A program made the position numbers and the translations under genes. Of a stretch of DNA of 47,242 bases, positions 24,153 through 32,504 are shown one piece after another; position 1 is the first letter of the stretch, and the number at the start of each line of letters is the position of its first letter. A model generated the notes under the pieces. That model did not search any database. It was not told the DNA's origin and saw only the letters and a program-made list of their open reading frames with translations. Location: IMG/VR virus record IMGVR_UViG_3300010376_000014, positions 1 to 47,242 of that record. One strand, written 5' to 3'. Source of the DNA: a virus.

Positions 24153-25494
24153 GGACAATAGGTACAAGTTCAAGACGAAGCCCTACGCATATCAAGTCGA
24201 GGCGCTGAAGAAACTCGCCAAATTGCCTCGAGGTGGTGGCTTGTACATGGAGATGGGCACAGGCAAGACGAAGGTCGCTATCGACTACGCAGGCATCGAG
24301 AAGCAACTCGGTGAGATAGACACAGTGTTGGTCGTGTGTCCACTGTCCGTATTGGGCGTGTGGGACCTCGAGATCCAGAAGCACTCGAACAAGAATGGAC
24401 TCAAGTGGCACATTGTCAACTACGACAAAATCATCCGAGATCCATGGCAAGACGAAGTGCTCAAGATCACACGAGACAACAAGACGCTGGTGATATTCGA
24501 TGAAGCCCACAAGATCAAGAACCCTCAAGCGAAGAGGTCCAAAATCGCGTACGTTCTTGGGCGTCTCGCTCAACGTGTCCTCCTACTCACAGGTACTCCG
24601 ATCGGGAAATCGCCTTTGGATCTGTTCAGTCAATTCAGGGCGCTGGACGATACAATTCTCGGTAGCTCGTGGGGTGTCTTCAAGCGTACGTATGCGCAGT
24701 GGGGCGGATACGGTGGTTATCAGCTCGTCCGGTACATGAACCTGAAGCAACTCATGGTCAAGGTCGGACCAAACGTCTATCAGATCAAGAAACAGGATGC
24801 CCTTGATCTACCCGCGCGCAGACACGAGATAGTTCCTGTGACTCTAGAGCGATCCCGTAGAGCATACGATCAGATGGCCTGGGAACGCATAGCGGAGATC
24901 GAGGAAGGCATAGTCGAGGCACCGATCATTCTCACGAAGCTACTTCGACTATCGCAGATGACAGGCGGGTGGGTCAAGGATGACACAGGCATCGTGCGTA
25001 AAGTTGGAGACGAGAAGATGAAGGTACTCACCGATCTCGTCGGCGACATGTGGGAGTCCGATCGACTGAAGATCGTTATCTTCTGTCGCTTCCTCGCGGA
25101 ACTCAAGGCGATATGCTATGCAGTACGAGACATTGGGTATTCACCCATCCCGTTTTACGGTAAGACACCACCCAAGAAGCGAGAGCAACTCCTAGCACGA
25201 TTCGATGAGACCGATGAACCCACAGCGTTTGTAGCGCAGACAGCCACTGGGTCACTTGGTATCTCCCTTGTGGCTGCCAGCGAAGCGATATTCTACAGTC
25301 ACAGCTACGACTACATTGAGTTCGCCCAGGCGTGTGATCGTCTACATCGCATAGGACAGCATCATCCTGTGACCTACTACCATCTACTAGCCACAGATAC
25401 GATAGACGAAGCTGTGTGGATGGCGATACGTACAAAGCGCAACCTAGCAGACCTGGTCATGAAGCATGCTGAACTCCTGACAAAGTCGTCATAA
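24097..25494 (+). CDS. SNF2-family DEAD/H-box helicase (465 aa)
   Basis: GTGKT Walker A. DEAHKIKN motif II. C-terminal helicase motif AQTATGSLGISL...CDRLHRIGQ. Confidence 0.85.
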   Translation: MTSNKRSSSEAVAVTLLSEDNRYKFKTKPYAYQVEALKKLAKLPRGGGLYMEMGTGKTKVAIDYAGIEKQLGEIDTVLVVCPLSVLGVWDLEIQKHSNKNGLKWHIVNYDKIIRDPWQDEVLKITRDNKTLVIFDEAHKIKNPQAKRSKIAYVLGRLAQRVLLLTGTPIGKSPLDLFSQFRALDDTILGSSWGVFKRTYAQWGGYGGYQLVRYMNLKQLMVKVGPNVYQIKKQDALDLPARRHEIVPVTLERSRRAYDQMAWERIAEIEEGIVEAPIILTKLLRLSQMTGGWVKDDTGIVRKVGDEKMKVLTDLVGDMWESDRLKIVIFCRFLAELKAICYAVRDIGYSPIPFYGKTPPKKREQLLARFDETDEPTAFVAQTATGSLGISLVAASEAIFYSHSYDYIEFAQACDRLHRIGQHHPVTYYHLLATDTIDEAVWMAIRTKRNLADLVMKHAELLTKSS

Positions 25495-25522
25495 TATACG
25501 TACACACAGCAGGAGGCGGAAG

Positions 25523-25837
25523 ATGTCATACCCAGCAGGTACCCCATATGAAGCCCAAACAGAAGAAGAATCCGAGCACGCCGAAGACTCTCACCCTGCG
25601 GATATACAGGGTAACTTGTCTTCAGAGATATCCGCCGAAAGTGGGCATCCACTCGGCGACTCCGAAGGTGAACTCACACTCGCACACCTCCAAGGTGGGC
25701 TCGATATCGAAGATGACGAAGACCGTGAAGAGCAGGTCACAGGGAGAGGGGTGAATCAGAATGCTGATAGTAGAAGGACCCGATGGGAGCGGGAAAACGA
25801 GCCTATGCAAAGCTCTTTCGGCAGAGCTGAACCTTGA
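25523..25837 (+). CDS. Strongly acidic protein (104 aa)
   Basis: AGGAGG Shine-Dalgarno. D/E-rich. Its 3' end overlaps the kinase gene by 77 nt in another frame. Confidence 0.5.
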   Translation: MSYPAGTPYEAQTEEESEHAEDSHPADIQGNLSSEISAESGHPLGDSEGELTLAHLQGGLDIEDDEDREEQVTGRGVNQNADSRRTRWERENEPMQSSFGRAEP

Positions 25838-26336
25838 ACTCGCGCCGATATATGCCCGCAGTCGTAGGGACATGCCCAAGACAGGTGTCAGGCGCCGCGT
25901 GTGGAATGGTATCGGCGCGATGCTGCGGGGGCAGATATTCATCCACGATCGTCTGTATTTCTCTGAGATAGTGTACGGCACGATACTCAGGGGCGGTATA
26001 GACTTCAGCATCGAAGAGATCACGTGGATCAAATATACATTAGACGAGTTCGAGGTACCCATCATCCTGTGTCTACCACCATGGGAGGTTACATGGGAGA
26101 ATATGATGGACGATATCGGTGCGCAGCAAAGCATCGATAAACTGCGAGAGATCTACAGGGTGTACCAAGGTATGACTCAAGATCCTGAGTTGCTCGCTCG
26201 TCCATACGACTACACTTCGGAGCATGATACGGTAGAAGATTTGATCACGTGGATCGAACCAAAACTCAACGATCTAAGGAGACGCTTTGGAGTTACTGAT
26301 GGGGGACGCACAGATAGCGCTAGCGCCGGAACCTAG
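25761..26336 (+). CDS. P-loop (deoxy)nucleoside monophosphate kinase, thymidylate-kinase-like (191 aa)
   Basis: N-terminal MLIVEGPDGSGKTS, as in Tmk/dNMP kinases. Confidence 0.7.
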   Translation: MLIVEGPDGSGKTSLCKALSAELNLELAPIYARSRRDMPKTGVRRRVWNGIGAMLRGQIFIHDRLYFSEIVYGTILRGGIDFSIEEITWIKYTLDEFEVPIILCLPPWEVTWENMMDDIGAQQSIDKLREIYRVYQGMTQDPELLARPYDYTSEHDTVEDLITWIEPKLNDLRRRFGVTDGGRTDSASAGT

Positions 26337-26478
26337 TGGTGGCTTCGTCTTGAAGATAGCCCATGAGAAGTTGCCGTTCACGATATGGATACCTGTCGAG
26401 AGGGATCGAGCGGACACATTCGCTGATGCTCTCATGAACACAATGAGAAGGAAGCGAGTGGTGGTGCCTAATGCGTGA
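26287..26478 (+). CDS. Hypothetical protein (63 aa)
   Basis: TTG start with AAGGAGA 5 nt upstream. ORF track. Confidence 0.45.
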   Translation: MELLMGDAQIALAPEPSGGFVLKIAHEKLPFTIWIPVERDRADTFADALMNTMRRKRVVVPNA

Positions 26479-26794
26479 ACTGCAGAAAGAGCTCCACGAG
26501 TGGAGGATGTACAACTTTCCCGAGTGTACGCCCGAGGACCAATTCATGGGCATGGTCGAGGAAATGGGCGAGATTGCTCACGCTCTGCTCAAGACGAAGC
26601 AAGGCATCCGCATCGAGGACGAGATTCAGGGTCACGCCAAGGTCAGGGACGGCATCGCAGATCTAGTGATCTACACAATGGGACTATGCTCACTGATGGG
26701 ATGGGACCTCGAGGCTCTCGTCTCATCCGTGGCTAACAATGAGGTCATGCAACGCGACTGGATCAAATATCCGAAGGACGGCATGACCACATGA
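26471..26794 (+). CDS. mazG: MazG-like all-alpha nucleoside triphosphate pyrophosphohydrolase (107 aa)
   Basis: MGMVEEMGEIAHALLK...DGIADLVIYTMGL fits the EExxE...D layout of small phage MazG proteins. Confidence 0.7.
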   Translation: MRELQKELHEWRMYNFPECTPEDQFMGMVEEMGEIAHALLKTKQGIRIEDEIQGHAKVRDGIADLVIYTMGLCSLMGWDLEALVSSVANNEVMQRDWIKYPKDGMTT

Positions 26795-27168
26795 AAGACA
26801 CAGACTGGGCATACTTAGCTGGACTCATCGACGGAGAGGGATGCATTAGTACAGTGCATACTAATCCTCGTAATGGACAATTCAACGCCAAGATAGCTAT
26901 AGTGAACACAGACAAAACCGTCCTCGATTGGATAGTGAAAACATTCGCTGTGGGTAATGTGTATCCAAGACGCCTGAGGCTTCCCATGAAGCAATCATGG
27001 CGATGGCAACTGGCTGCAGGTTCGTCTGTTTCCCGCATCCTGAATGGGGTTTATCCGTATCTCATCATCAAGAAGGACCAAGCAGTACTCGCTATTGAAC
27101 TATGCTCTCGACCGGCAAAGCGCCGACAACTCGAGATCTACGGGGCACTTCGTGAGGCAAAGCGATGA
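26791..27168 (+). CDS. LAGLIDADG-family homing endonuclease (125 aa)
   Basis: Canonical YLAGLIDGEGC motif. ATGA overlaps at both ends. Visibly more A/T-rich than the flanks. Confidence 0.85.
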   Translation: MKDTDWAYLAGLIDGEGCISTVHTNPRNGQFNAKIAIVNTDKTVLDWIVKTFAVGNVYPRRLRLPMKQSWRWQLAAGSSVSRILNGVYPYLIIKKDQAVLAIELCSRPAKRRQLEIYGALREAKR

Positions 27169-28004
27169 GAATGAAAAAGTATCGTGACCTTACTGAGTTG
27201 TGGAACAGGGAAGCTGAATCAATGGTGCTAGCGACCTGGAAAGAGATCGACTTCGTAAGCGGACTTGACGTGATTCGCTACGACAACCTCGTCGGCTGTG
27301 ACTCGATGGCATATAAATTCGATCTCGGGAGACATCTGTGGCTGAATCGTTCTCGCTTCACTGTGCTCCAGCGAGAGTATCTCGACCTTGCCCAATTAGA
27401 GTCCTTCTTGGGTAGGGCCACCGAAATAGGACTTGGTGGTGTCAAGCACGGTGTGGTCACATCGATGCCCTTTCGCTCGCCTGAGTTCCGTGCGAAGAAG
27501 CATAGGTGGGGTGGATGCATGTCCTCATTGGCGTTCCGCATGTCCGCCGAAGGACAACCTGTTTTGGTACTGCAGTCTCGTGTGACCTACATCACATACA
27601 TGGGTGGCTGTGATCTTGCCTTGTGCCACGTGATAGCAAGAGAGATAGGGCAGCGTATTGGCAAGATACCCGAAGACTTTGCATTCCGGTGGAACTGTGC
27701 ATCTCATCAGGCTCATTCATTCAAAGGCATCCCATATCTGTTCCACGCCAATTTGTGGCCTGTGATTGTAGACGAAAGATCAATCGAGCAATACCCTGAC
27801 TCTGACTATCCAGCATTGAAATTGATCCGAAAGTGGGCTCGGATCATTGTTGAACGTCATGAAGTCGGGGTACCTCTTGATGAAGAGAAATACGGACCCC
27901 TCCGACGAGTCAGACGCCGATACGAAGAATGGATGAGGGACGAGCCGTTACCGAAAGTACCCGTCACATCGTTGACCCTACAACCACTTCGGGAACGTGG
28001 GTGA
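27165..28004 (+). CDS. Highly divergent thymidylate-synthase-fold-like protein (279 aa), function unknown
   Basis: By-eye alignment: HGVVTSMPFRSPE ~ SRRIIVSAWNVGE; GGCMSSLAFR ~ APCHAFFQFY; LVLQSRVTYITYMGGCDLALCHVIA ~ [29 protein letters not shown]. Confidence 0.4.
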   Translation: MRMKKYRDLTELWNREAESMVLATWKEIDFVSGLDVIRYDNLVGCDSMAYKFDLGRHLWLNRSRFTVLQREYLDLAQLESFLGRATEIGLGGVKHGVVTSMPFRSPEFRAKKHRWGGCMSSLAFRMSAEGQPVLVLQSRVTYITYMGGCDLALCHVIAREIGQRIGKIPEDFAFRWNCASHQAHSFKGIPYLFHANLWPVIVDERSIEQYPDSDYPALKLIRKWARIIVERHEVGVPLDEEKYGPLRRVRRRYEEWMRDEPLPKVPVTSLTLQPLRERG

Positions 28005-28185
28005 GAAACGCATAGGAAAGCGTAAAATACAGAAGCGCAAGTGGGACAACGCAAATCGGCGAACCGTCTGCTCTGTGTGTGGCACTTTGATATGGAACCA
28101 CCGAGAGCACTCAGGTCTGTGTCGATCCTGCAGTACGAAGCGTAGACCTCGAGATGAACATGGGAATCTACTGCCGTACAAATAA
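27997..28185 (+). CDS. Small basic Zn-ribbon protein (62 aa)
   Basis: CSVCG...CRSC. GTG start overlapping the upstream gene. Confidence 0.4.
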   Translation: MGEKRIGKRKIQKRKWDNANRRTVCSVCGTLIWNHREHSGLCRSCSTKRRPRDEHGNLLPYK

Positions 28186-28197
28186 TGCCACGTAGTG

Positions 28198-28226
28198 CGA
28201 CATGGAGGAAACGAGGATGCGATAAT
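28198..28226 (+). promoter_or_regulatory. Possible promoter P5: weak -35 (CGACAT) - 17 nt (ending GGATGC) - GATAAT
   Basis: Shares the GGATGCGA(C/T)AAT core with P1-P3. The -35 element is poor. Confidence 0.35.
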
Positions 28227-28262
28227 AATGTTGCACACGTACATACACATAGGAGGTCAACC

Positions 28263-28691
28263 GTGGTAGCAAAAAAGACAGACAGACCGAAGTTCAATCC
28301 TCAGGAGCTCATCGATGAGCAGGTTGCCCAGATCAACCGCGCCATCGACGAGATAGACAAGCGCATGAAGCCTTACGAGACACTCGCAGCGAAGAAGTTG
28401 CAGCTTGTGGCTGCTCGTCGTGCGCTACTAGGGACAGGCAACAGACTCACCGGCAACGCGGGTCATCGTGTGACGCTCGATGATCTGATCTCGTTCATCT
28501 CAGAGAATCCCGGCGCGTCTCCAGGTCAAATGGCTGAACACTTCGGTGTCACGCAGGGGACGATCAGCAGTCACTTGTACCGCAATAAGGATCGCTTCGT
28601 GCGGAACAACGGATCGTACTGGGTGAAGGATCCCGCCGCTGGGATCAACACGTCTGCCGATGTGGAGAAGGAGGACGATGACGAGACCTGA
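28263..28691 (+). CDS. Winged-helix/HTH putative transcription regulator (142 aa)
   Basis: GTG 28263 preceded by TAGGAGGT. GQMAEHFGVTQGTISSHLYRNKDRF HTH-like segment. Confidence 0.55.
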   Translation: MVAKKTDRPKFNPQELIDEQVAQINRAIDEIDKRMKPYETLAAKKLQLVAARRALLGTGNRLTGNAGHRVTLDDLISFISENPGASPGQMAEHFGVTQGTISSHLYRNKDRFVRNNGSYWVKDPAAGINTSADVEKEDDDET

Positions 28692-28854
28692 TTGGGAAGC
28701 TGTCGCCTGTCCACACTGTGGTGCGAAGGTTGGAGAACATTGCAAGAATCCCGACGGATCGAAGTACCAATACGTCCACCGCAAGCGCTACGAGGCATAC
28801 GCGAAGGAGGCAGAGCATGCAGTTCGAGCAGATATACAACTCCCTCCTCGCTAA
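28678..28854 (+). CDS. Small Zn-finger protein (58 aa)
   Basis: CPHCGAKVGEHC. Overlaps the next gene by 38 nt. Confidence 0.45.
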   Translation: MTRPDWEAVACPHCGAKVGEHCKNPDGSKYQYVHRKRYEAYAKEAEHAVRADIQLPPR

Positions 28855-29587
28855 CGTGATCGAGGGCATGCCTGTGGATCGTGGCGAGTGGCACGCGAAG
28901 GACGTGCGTGGCATACCGAAGCTCGTGTCGTACGAGGTCAGAGACATCGCCTTCGATCTGTGGTGTCCGCCGACGATGGTGGAGCTGCAGGACGATTACA
29001 AGCCGAATCTGCCCTGGGCAGAGGATCACTTTCAGGAGCGAGTCAGTGGGCAACCCTTGAATCCCCCACCGTCGCATGCGTGGTGGCCCTTTGGCAATAC
29101 ACAGACCCACATGCAGGAAGGCAAGTTCAGCCACTCGTATCCCGAGCGGTATTGGCCCAAGCGTGCGGGGGCTCAGCGATACTCAGAGGAGCTAGGCGGT
29201 ATCCGATTCGAGTGGGGCGATCTCGATGATCTCGTGTCCTTGCTGAGTGAGCGTCCCATGACGCGACAAGCATACCTGCCTGTGTGGTTTCCTGAAGATC
29301 TGACAGCCGCTCGTGAGAAGGAGCGCTGTCCCTGCTCTTTGGGTTATCACTTTCTCGTGCATGAGGAACACAACGGACTGAGGATGGACTGTGCGTATTT
29401 CATGCGGTCTTGTGACTTCGTGCGGCACTTCAGGGACGATATGTATCTGACCGCCCGACTGATGCAGTGGGTCGGTGACAAGATCGAGATTCAACCATCG
29501 GAGCTACACGTCTACATCTCGTCACTCCACTGCATAGAGGGTGACCTCGACAATCTGAGGGAGGAGTATGAGAATCTCTCGCGATGA
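28817..29587 (+). CDS. Thymidylate synthase / dCMP hydroxymethylase family protein (256 aa)
   Basis: AAGGAGG Shine-Dalgarno. RQAYLPVWFPED, CPCSLGYHFLV, YFMRSCDFVRHFRDDMYL and SSLHCIEGD align by eye with T4 gp42 (NMRSNDVVFGFRNDYAW, GSLHVYSRH) and with ThyA. Confidence 0.65.
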   Translation: MQFEQIYNSLLANVIEGMPVDRGEWHAKDVRGIPKLVSYEVRDIAFDLWCPPTMVELQDDYKPNLPWAEDHFQERVSGQPLNPPPSHAWWPFGNTQTHMQEGKFSHSYPERYWPKRAGAQRYSEELGGIRFEWGDLDDLVSLLSERPMTRQAYLPVWFPEDLTAAREKERCPCSLGYHFLVHEEHNGLRMDCAYFMRSCDFVRHFRDDMYLTARLMQWVGDKIEIQPSELHVYISSLHCIEGDLDNLREEYENLSR

Positions 29588-30077
29588 CATGTTTCTCCGT
29601 GTGGCTGAAGTCATCGCGCTGCGCGGTACGTGTCCACGAGCCACAGTTGGAGCAGTGCTTGTCCGTCACGGACGCATCATTAGCATCGGGTACAATGGCG
29701 CCCCATCTGGGATGCCGCACTGCGAGGATGAGGGTTGCGACGTCCCATTTGCGGGAGGAGGATGCGTTCGAGCGATTCACGCAGAGACTAATGCGATACT
29801 CTGGGCAGCACGTGAGGGCGTCTCTACAGATCAAACTACGATGTATTGCACACATGCGCCCTGCGTCAACTGTGCCCTAACTGTGGCTATGGCGGGTATC
29901 ACTGAGTTTCATTATCTATATAACTACCGTGATCCTGGTGGATTGAAGATCCTTACCGACTACGACGTTGCACATTGGAGGCGGAGTGGAGCCGGATCAG
30001 TTGCAGATGCAGAAGATAGTGAGAGTGATGCAGCGGATCGAAATAGTAGTAATCTCTCAGACGGAAGAGGGATCTGA
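29568..30077 (+). CDS. dCMP deaminase (169 aa)
   Basis: Zinc-site motifs HAETNA and PCVNCA. Typical CMP/dCMP deaminase layout. Confidence 0.85.
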   Translation: MRISRDDMFLRVAEVIALRGTCPRATVGAVLVRHGRIISIGYNGAPSGMPHCEDEGCDVPFAGGGCVRAIHAETNAILWAAREGVSTDQTTMYCTHAPCVNCALTVAMAGITEFHYLYNYRDPGGLKILTDYDVAHWRRSGAGSVADAEDSESDAADRNSSNLSDGRGI

Positions 30078-30131
30078 GCGCGAGGTCGTGATTGACTCCA
30101 TCATTCGTCCGATTCCGATACCATACGAACA

Positions 30132-32504
30132 GTGAACTGGAGAGATCAAATCCGAGACAGTAAGTGCACAGCCTGTGGCTTGCATGAGAACGCCCAGTAC
30201 GTTTGCCTGATGGGGACAGGCAAACGTTCTTCTCGTCTCATGATTATCGGGGAGGCACCAGGTGCCCGAGAAGATGAAGAACACCGAGCCTTTGTGGGTC
30301 CCGCGGGGCAACTTCTCAACGATCTATTATCCGAAGTGGGGTTGTCTCGTGAAGATGCCTATATCTCAAACGCCGTCAAGTGTCGTCCGCCAAGCAACGA
30401 GACCCCAACGCGAGTCCATATCAAAGCGTGTGCGCAGTATCTCATCCGTGAGCTCGAGGAGGTAGAGCCTGAATATGTACTTGCTCTTGGCAATTCTGCG
30501 CTCCAAGCCCTTACCGGGAGATCTGGTATTACTAAGTATCGGGGGCGACTGCATAGTCTTGGAGGAACCCAGGTCCTCCCCACCTTTCACCCTGCAGCGG
30601 CGCTCCGATCTCCAAGGTATCTCCCGTCGATCAAGGCAGACTTTCGTGCGCTTGCCCGATACATGGATAACTCACACATGGGGAGTAATGGACTATCCAC
30701 ACGTGTCCGCATCATCCGTAATGCTGGACAACTCAGGTGGCTCATCAACCGCCTAGCCACAGCTGAGGTCATCGCGTTCGATCTGGAGACTACAGGGCTA
30801 AACGAGTTCGCGGAAGGAGCCAAGATTGTTACCCTCGGAGTCGCGTGGGAACCTGGTTGTGCTGCAGTCGTCCCACTTCATCACAGCGCAGGAACTTTTG
30901 CGGAACCTGCCAAGATCTTACATCAGCTCAAACCGGTTATGGAGAGAACAGACTGTCGTTACGTTGGGCATAACGCCAAGTTTGATACGAGATGGCTTGG
31001 ACGTTTCGGTATCTATACACCGACTTCCTTCGATACGATGCTTGCCTCCCACCTTCTCGACGAGAACGGACAACACGGACTCAAGCCCCTATCACAACTC
31101 CATCTCGGAGCTCTTGACTACGATATTGGGGATGATGTCAAGGACGCCTACAACACTAACCTAAAGCGACTTTGTATCTACAACGGAAAGGATTGTGACT
31201 ATACTTTACGACTATATCTTCGTCTTCGGGAAGAGCTCAAACAGCAGCCCCGTCTCGCAAGGCTCTTCACCCGACTCACCATGCCTGCTAGTCGTGCTCT
31301 GCTACGAGTTGAAGTTGCTGGGCTTCAAGTGAATACCGACAGGCTCATCAACAGGGCTAAGGAGACAGAATACAAGATCCTGAAATGCAAGAACTACATG
31401 GACCAATACGTGCCGGAAGATATGAAACCAATCAACTACAACTCTCCAGCACAGATTGGCCTGTGGCTATTCGGTTCGATGGGGCTGCCTATACTTGAGA
31501 GGACCAAGAGTGGGGCGCCATCGACCCGTGAGGCAGTGCTATTCCAACTCGCGAAGCAGCATAAGGCAGTCGAGGTCCTGTTGCGCTATCGGAAGTGGTC
31601 CAAGTATTACTCCACTTACATCACGGCATGGGCTGAGGCTATTGATCCAAGAGGACGTCTTCACACTTCTTACCTCTTGCATGGAACTGTCACCGGACGA
31701 CTATCCAGCCGCAATCCAAATCTCCAACAAGTCCCACGGGACCCGTTTATACGCGGCATTCTCGGAGCACCGCTCGGATGGAAGTTTGTCGAAGCTGATT
31801 ATTCGCAGGTTGAGTTGAGGATAGCAGCCATGATCGCACAGGAAAGAAGCATGTTACGGCTATTCGCTCTCGGGGAAGATATACATATGAGCACCGCATG
31901 CTTCATGACAGGAAAGATCCCAGCGCAGGTCACGAGTGAGGAACGGAAGAAAGCGAAAGCCGTCAACTTCGGCTTCCTTTATGGCATGGGTGCTCAGAAG
32001 TTCGTGACCTACGCACGGGACAGTTATGATGTGGAGGTTACCCTTGCTGAAGCAGAAAAGGTCAGAGACCGTTTCTTTGAACGGTATCCACGTCTACGCA
32101 CGTGGCATGATAGACAGCGAAGACTCGCAACGAGATACGGTCGAGTGCAGTCGCCTCTTGGGCGGATACGGCACTTGCCAGATGTGCGGTCGACAGATTC
32201 AGACGTACGTGCTGAGTCGGAACGACAGGCTATCAATTCGCCCGTCCAGTCCTTTGCGAGTGATCTCATGCTCGTGTCCCTTACACGGCTGGATCGCGCC
32301 TTCCCTAACAACGTGGCGCGCACCGTAGGATCAGTGCACGATGCTCTGCTCTTCGAGGTTAGAGAGCAATACGTGGATGAAGTGTGTGCCAAGATCAAGG
32401 AGGTTATGGAGGATACAGACTACGTAAAGAAAGTATTTGGAACCGAGATTACAGTGCCGATCGAAGTCGAGATAAAGGTCAGCGATCATTGGGGCGAGTC
32501 ATGA
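30132..32504 (+). CDS. polA: Fusion: family-4 uracil-DNA glycosylase-like domain + 3'-5' exonuclease + family A DNA polymerase (790 aa)
   Basis: UDG4: CTACGL...GEAPG...KCRPP...FHPAAALR. Exo: FDLETTGL, HNAKFD, YNGKDCDY. Pol: DYSQVELR, RKKAKAVNFGFLYGMG, SVHDALLFEV. Confidence 0.9.
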   Translation: MNWRDQIRDSKCTACGLHENAQYVCLMGTGKRSSRLMIIGEAPGAREDEEHRAFVGPAGQLLNDLLSEVGLSREDAYISNAVKCRPPSNETPTRVHIKACAQYLIRELEEVEPEYVLALGNSALQALTGRSGITKYRGRLHSLGGTQVLPTFHPAAALRSPRYLPSIKADFRALARYMDNSHMGSNGLSTRVRIIRNAGQLRWLINRLATAEVIAFDLETTGLNEFAEGAKIVTLGVAWEPGCAAVVPLHHSAGTFAEPAKILHQLKPVMERTDCRYVGHNAKFDTRWLGRFGIYTPTSFDTMLASHLLDENGQHGLKPLSQLHLGALDYDIGDDVKDAYNTNLKRLCIYNGKDCDYTLRLYLRLREELKQQPRLARLFTRLTMPASRALLRVEVAGLQVNTDRLINRAKETEYKILKCKNYMDQYVPEDMKPINYNSPAQIGLWLFGSMGLPILERTKSGAPSTREAVLFQLAKQHKAVEVLLRYRKWSKYYSTYITAWAEAIDPRGRLHTSYLLHGTVTGRLSSRNPNLQQVPRDPFIRGILGAPLGWKFVEADYSQVELRIAAMIAQERSMLRLFALGEDIHMSTACFMTGKIPAQVTSEERKKAKAVNFGFLYGMGAQKFVTYARDSYDVEVTLAEAEKVRDRFFERYPRLRTWHDRQRRLATRYGRVQSPLGRIRHLPDVRSTDSDVRAESERQAINSPVQSFASDLMLVSLTRLDRAFPNNVARTVGSVHDALLFEVREQYVDEVCAKIKEVMEDTDYVKKVFGTEITVPIEVEIKVSDHWGES

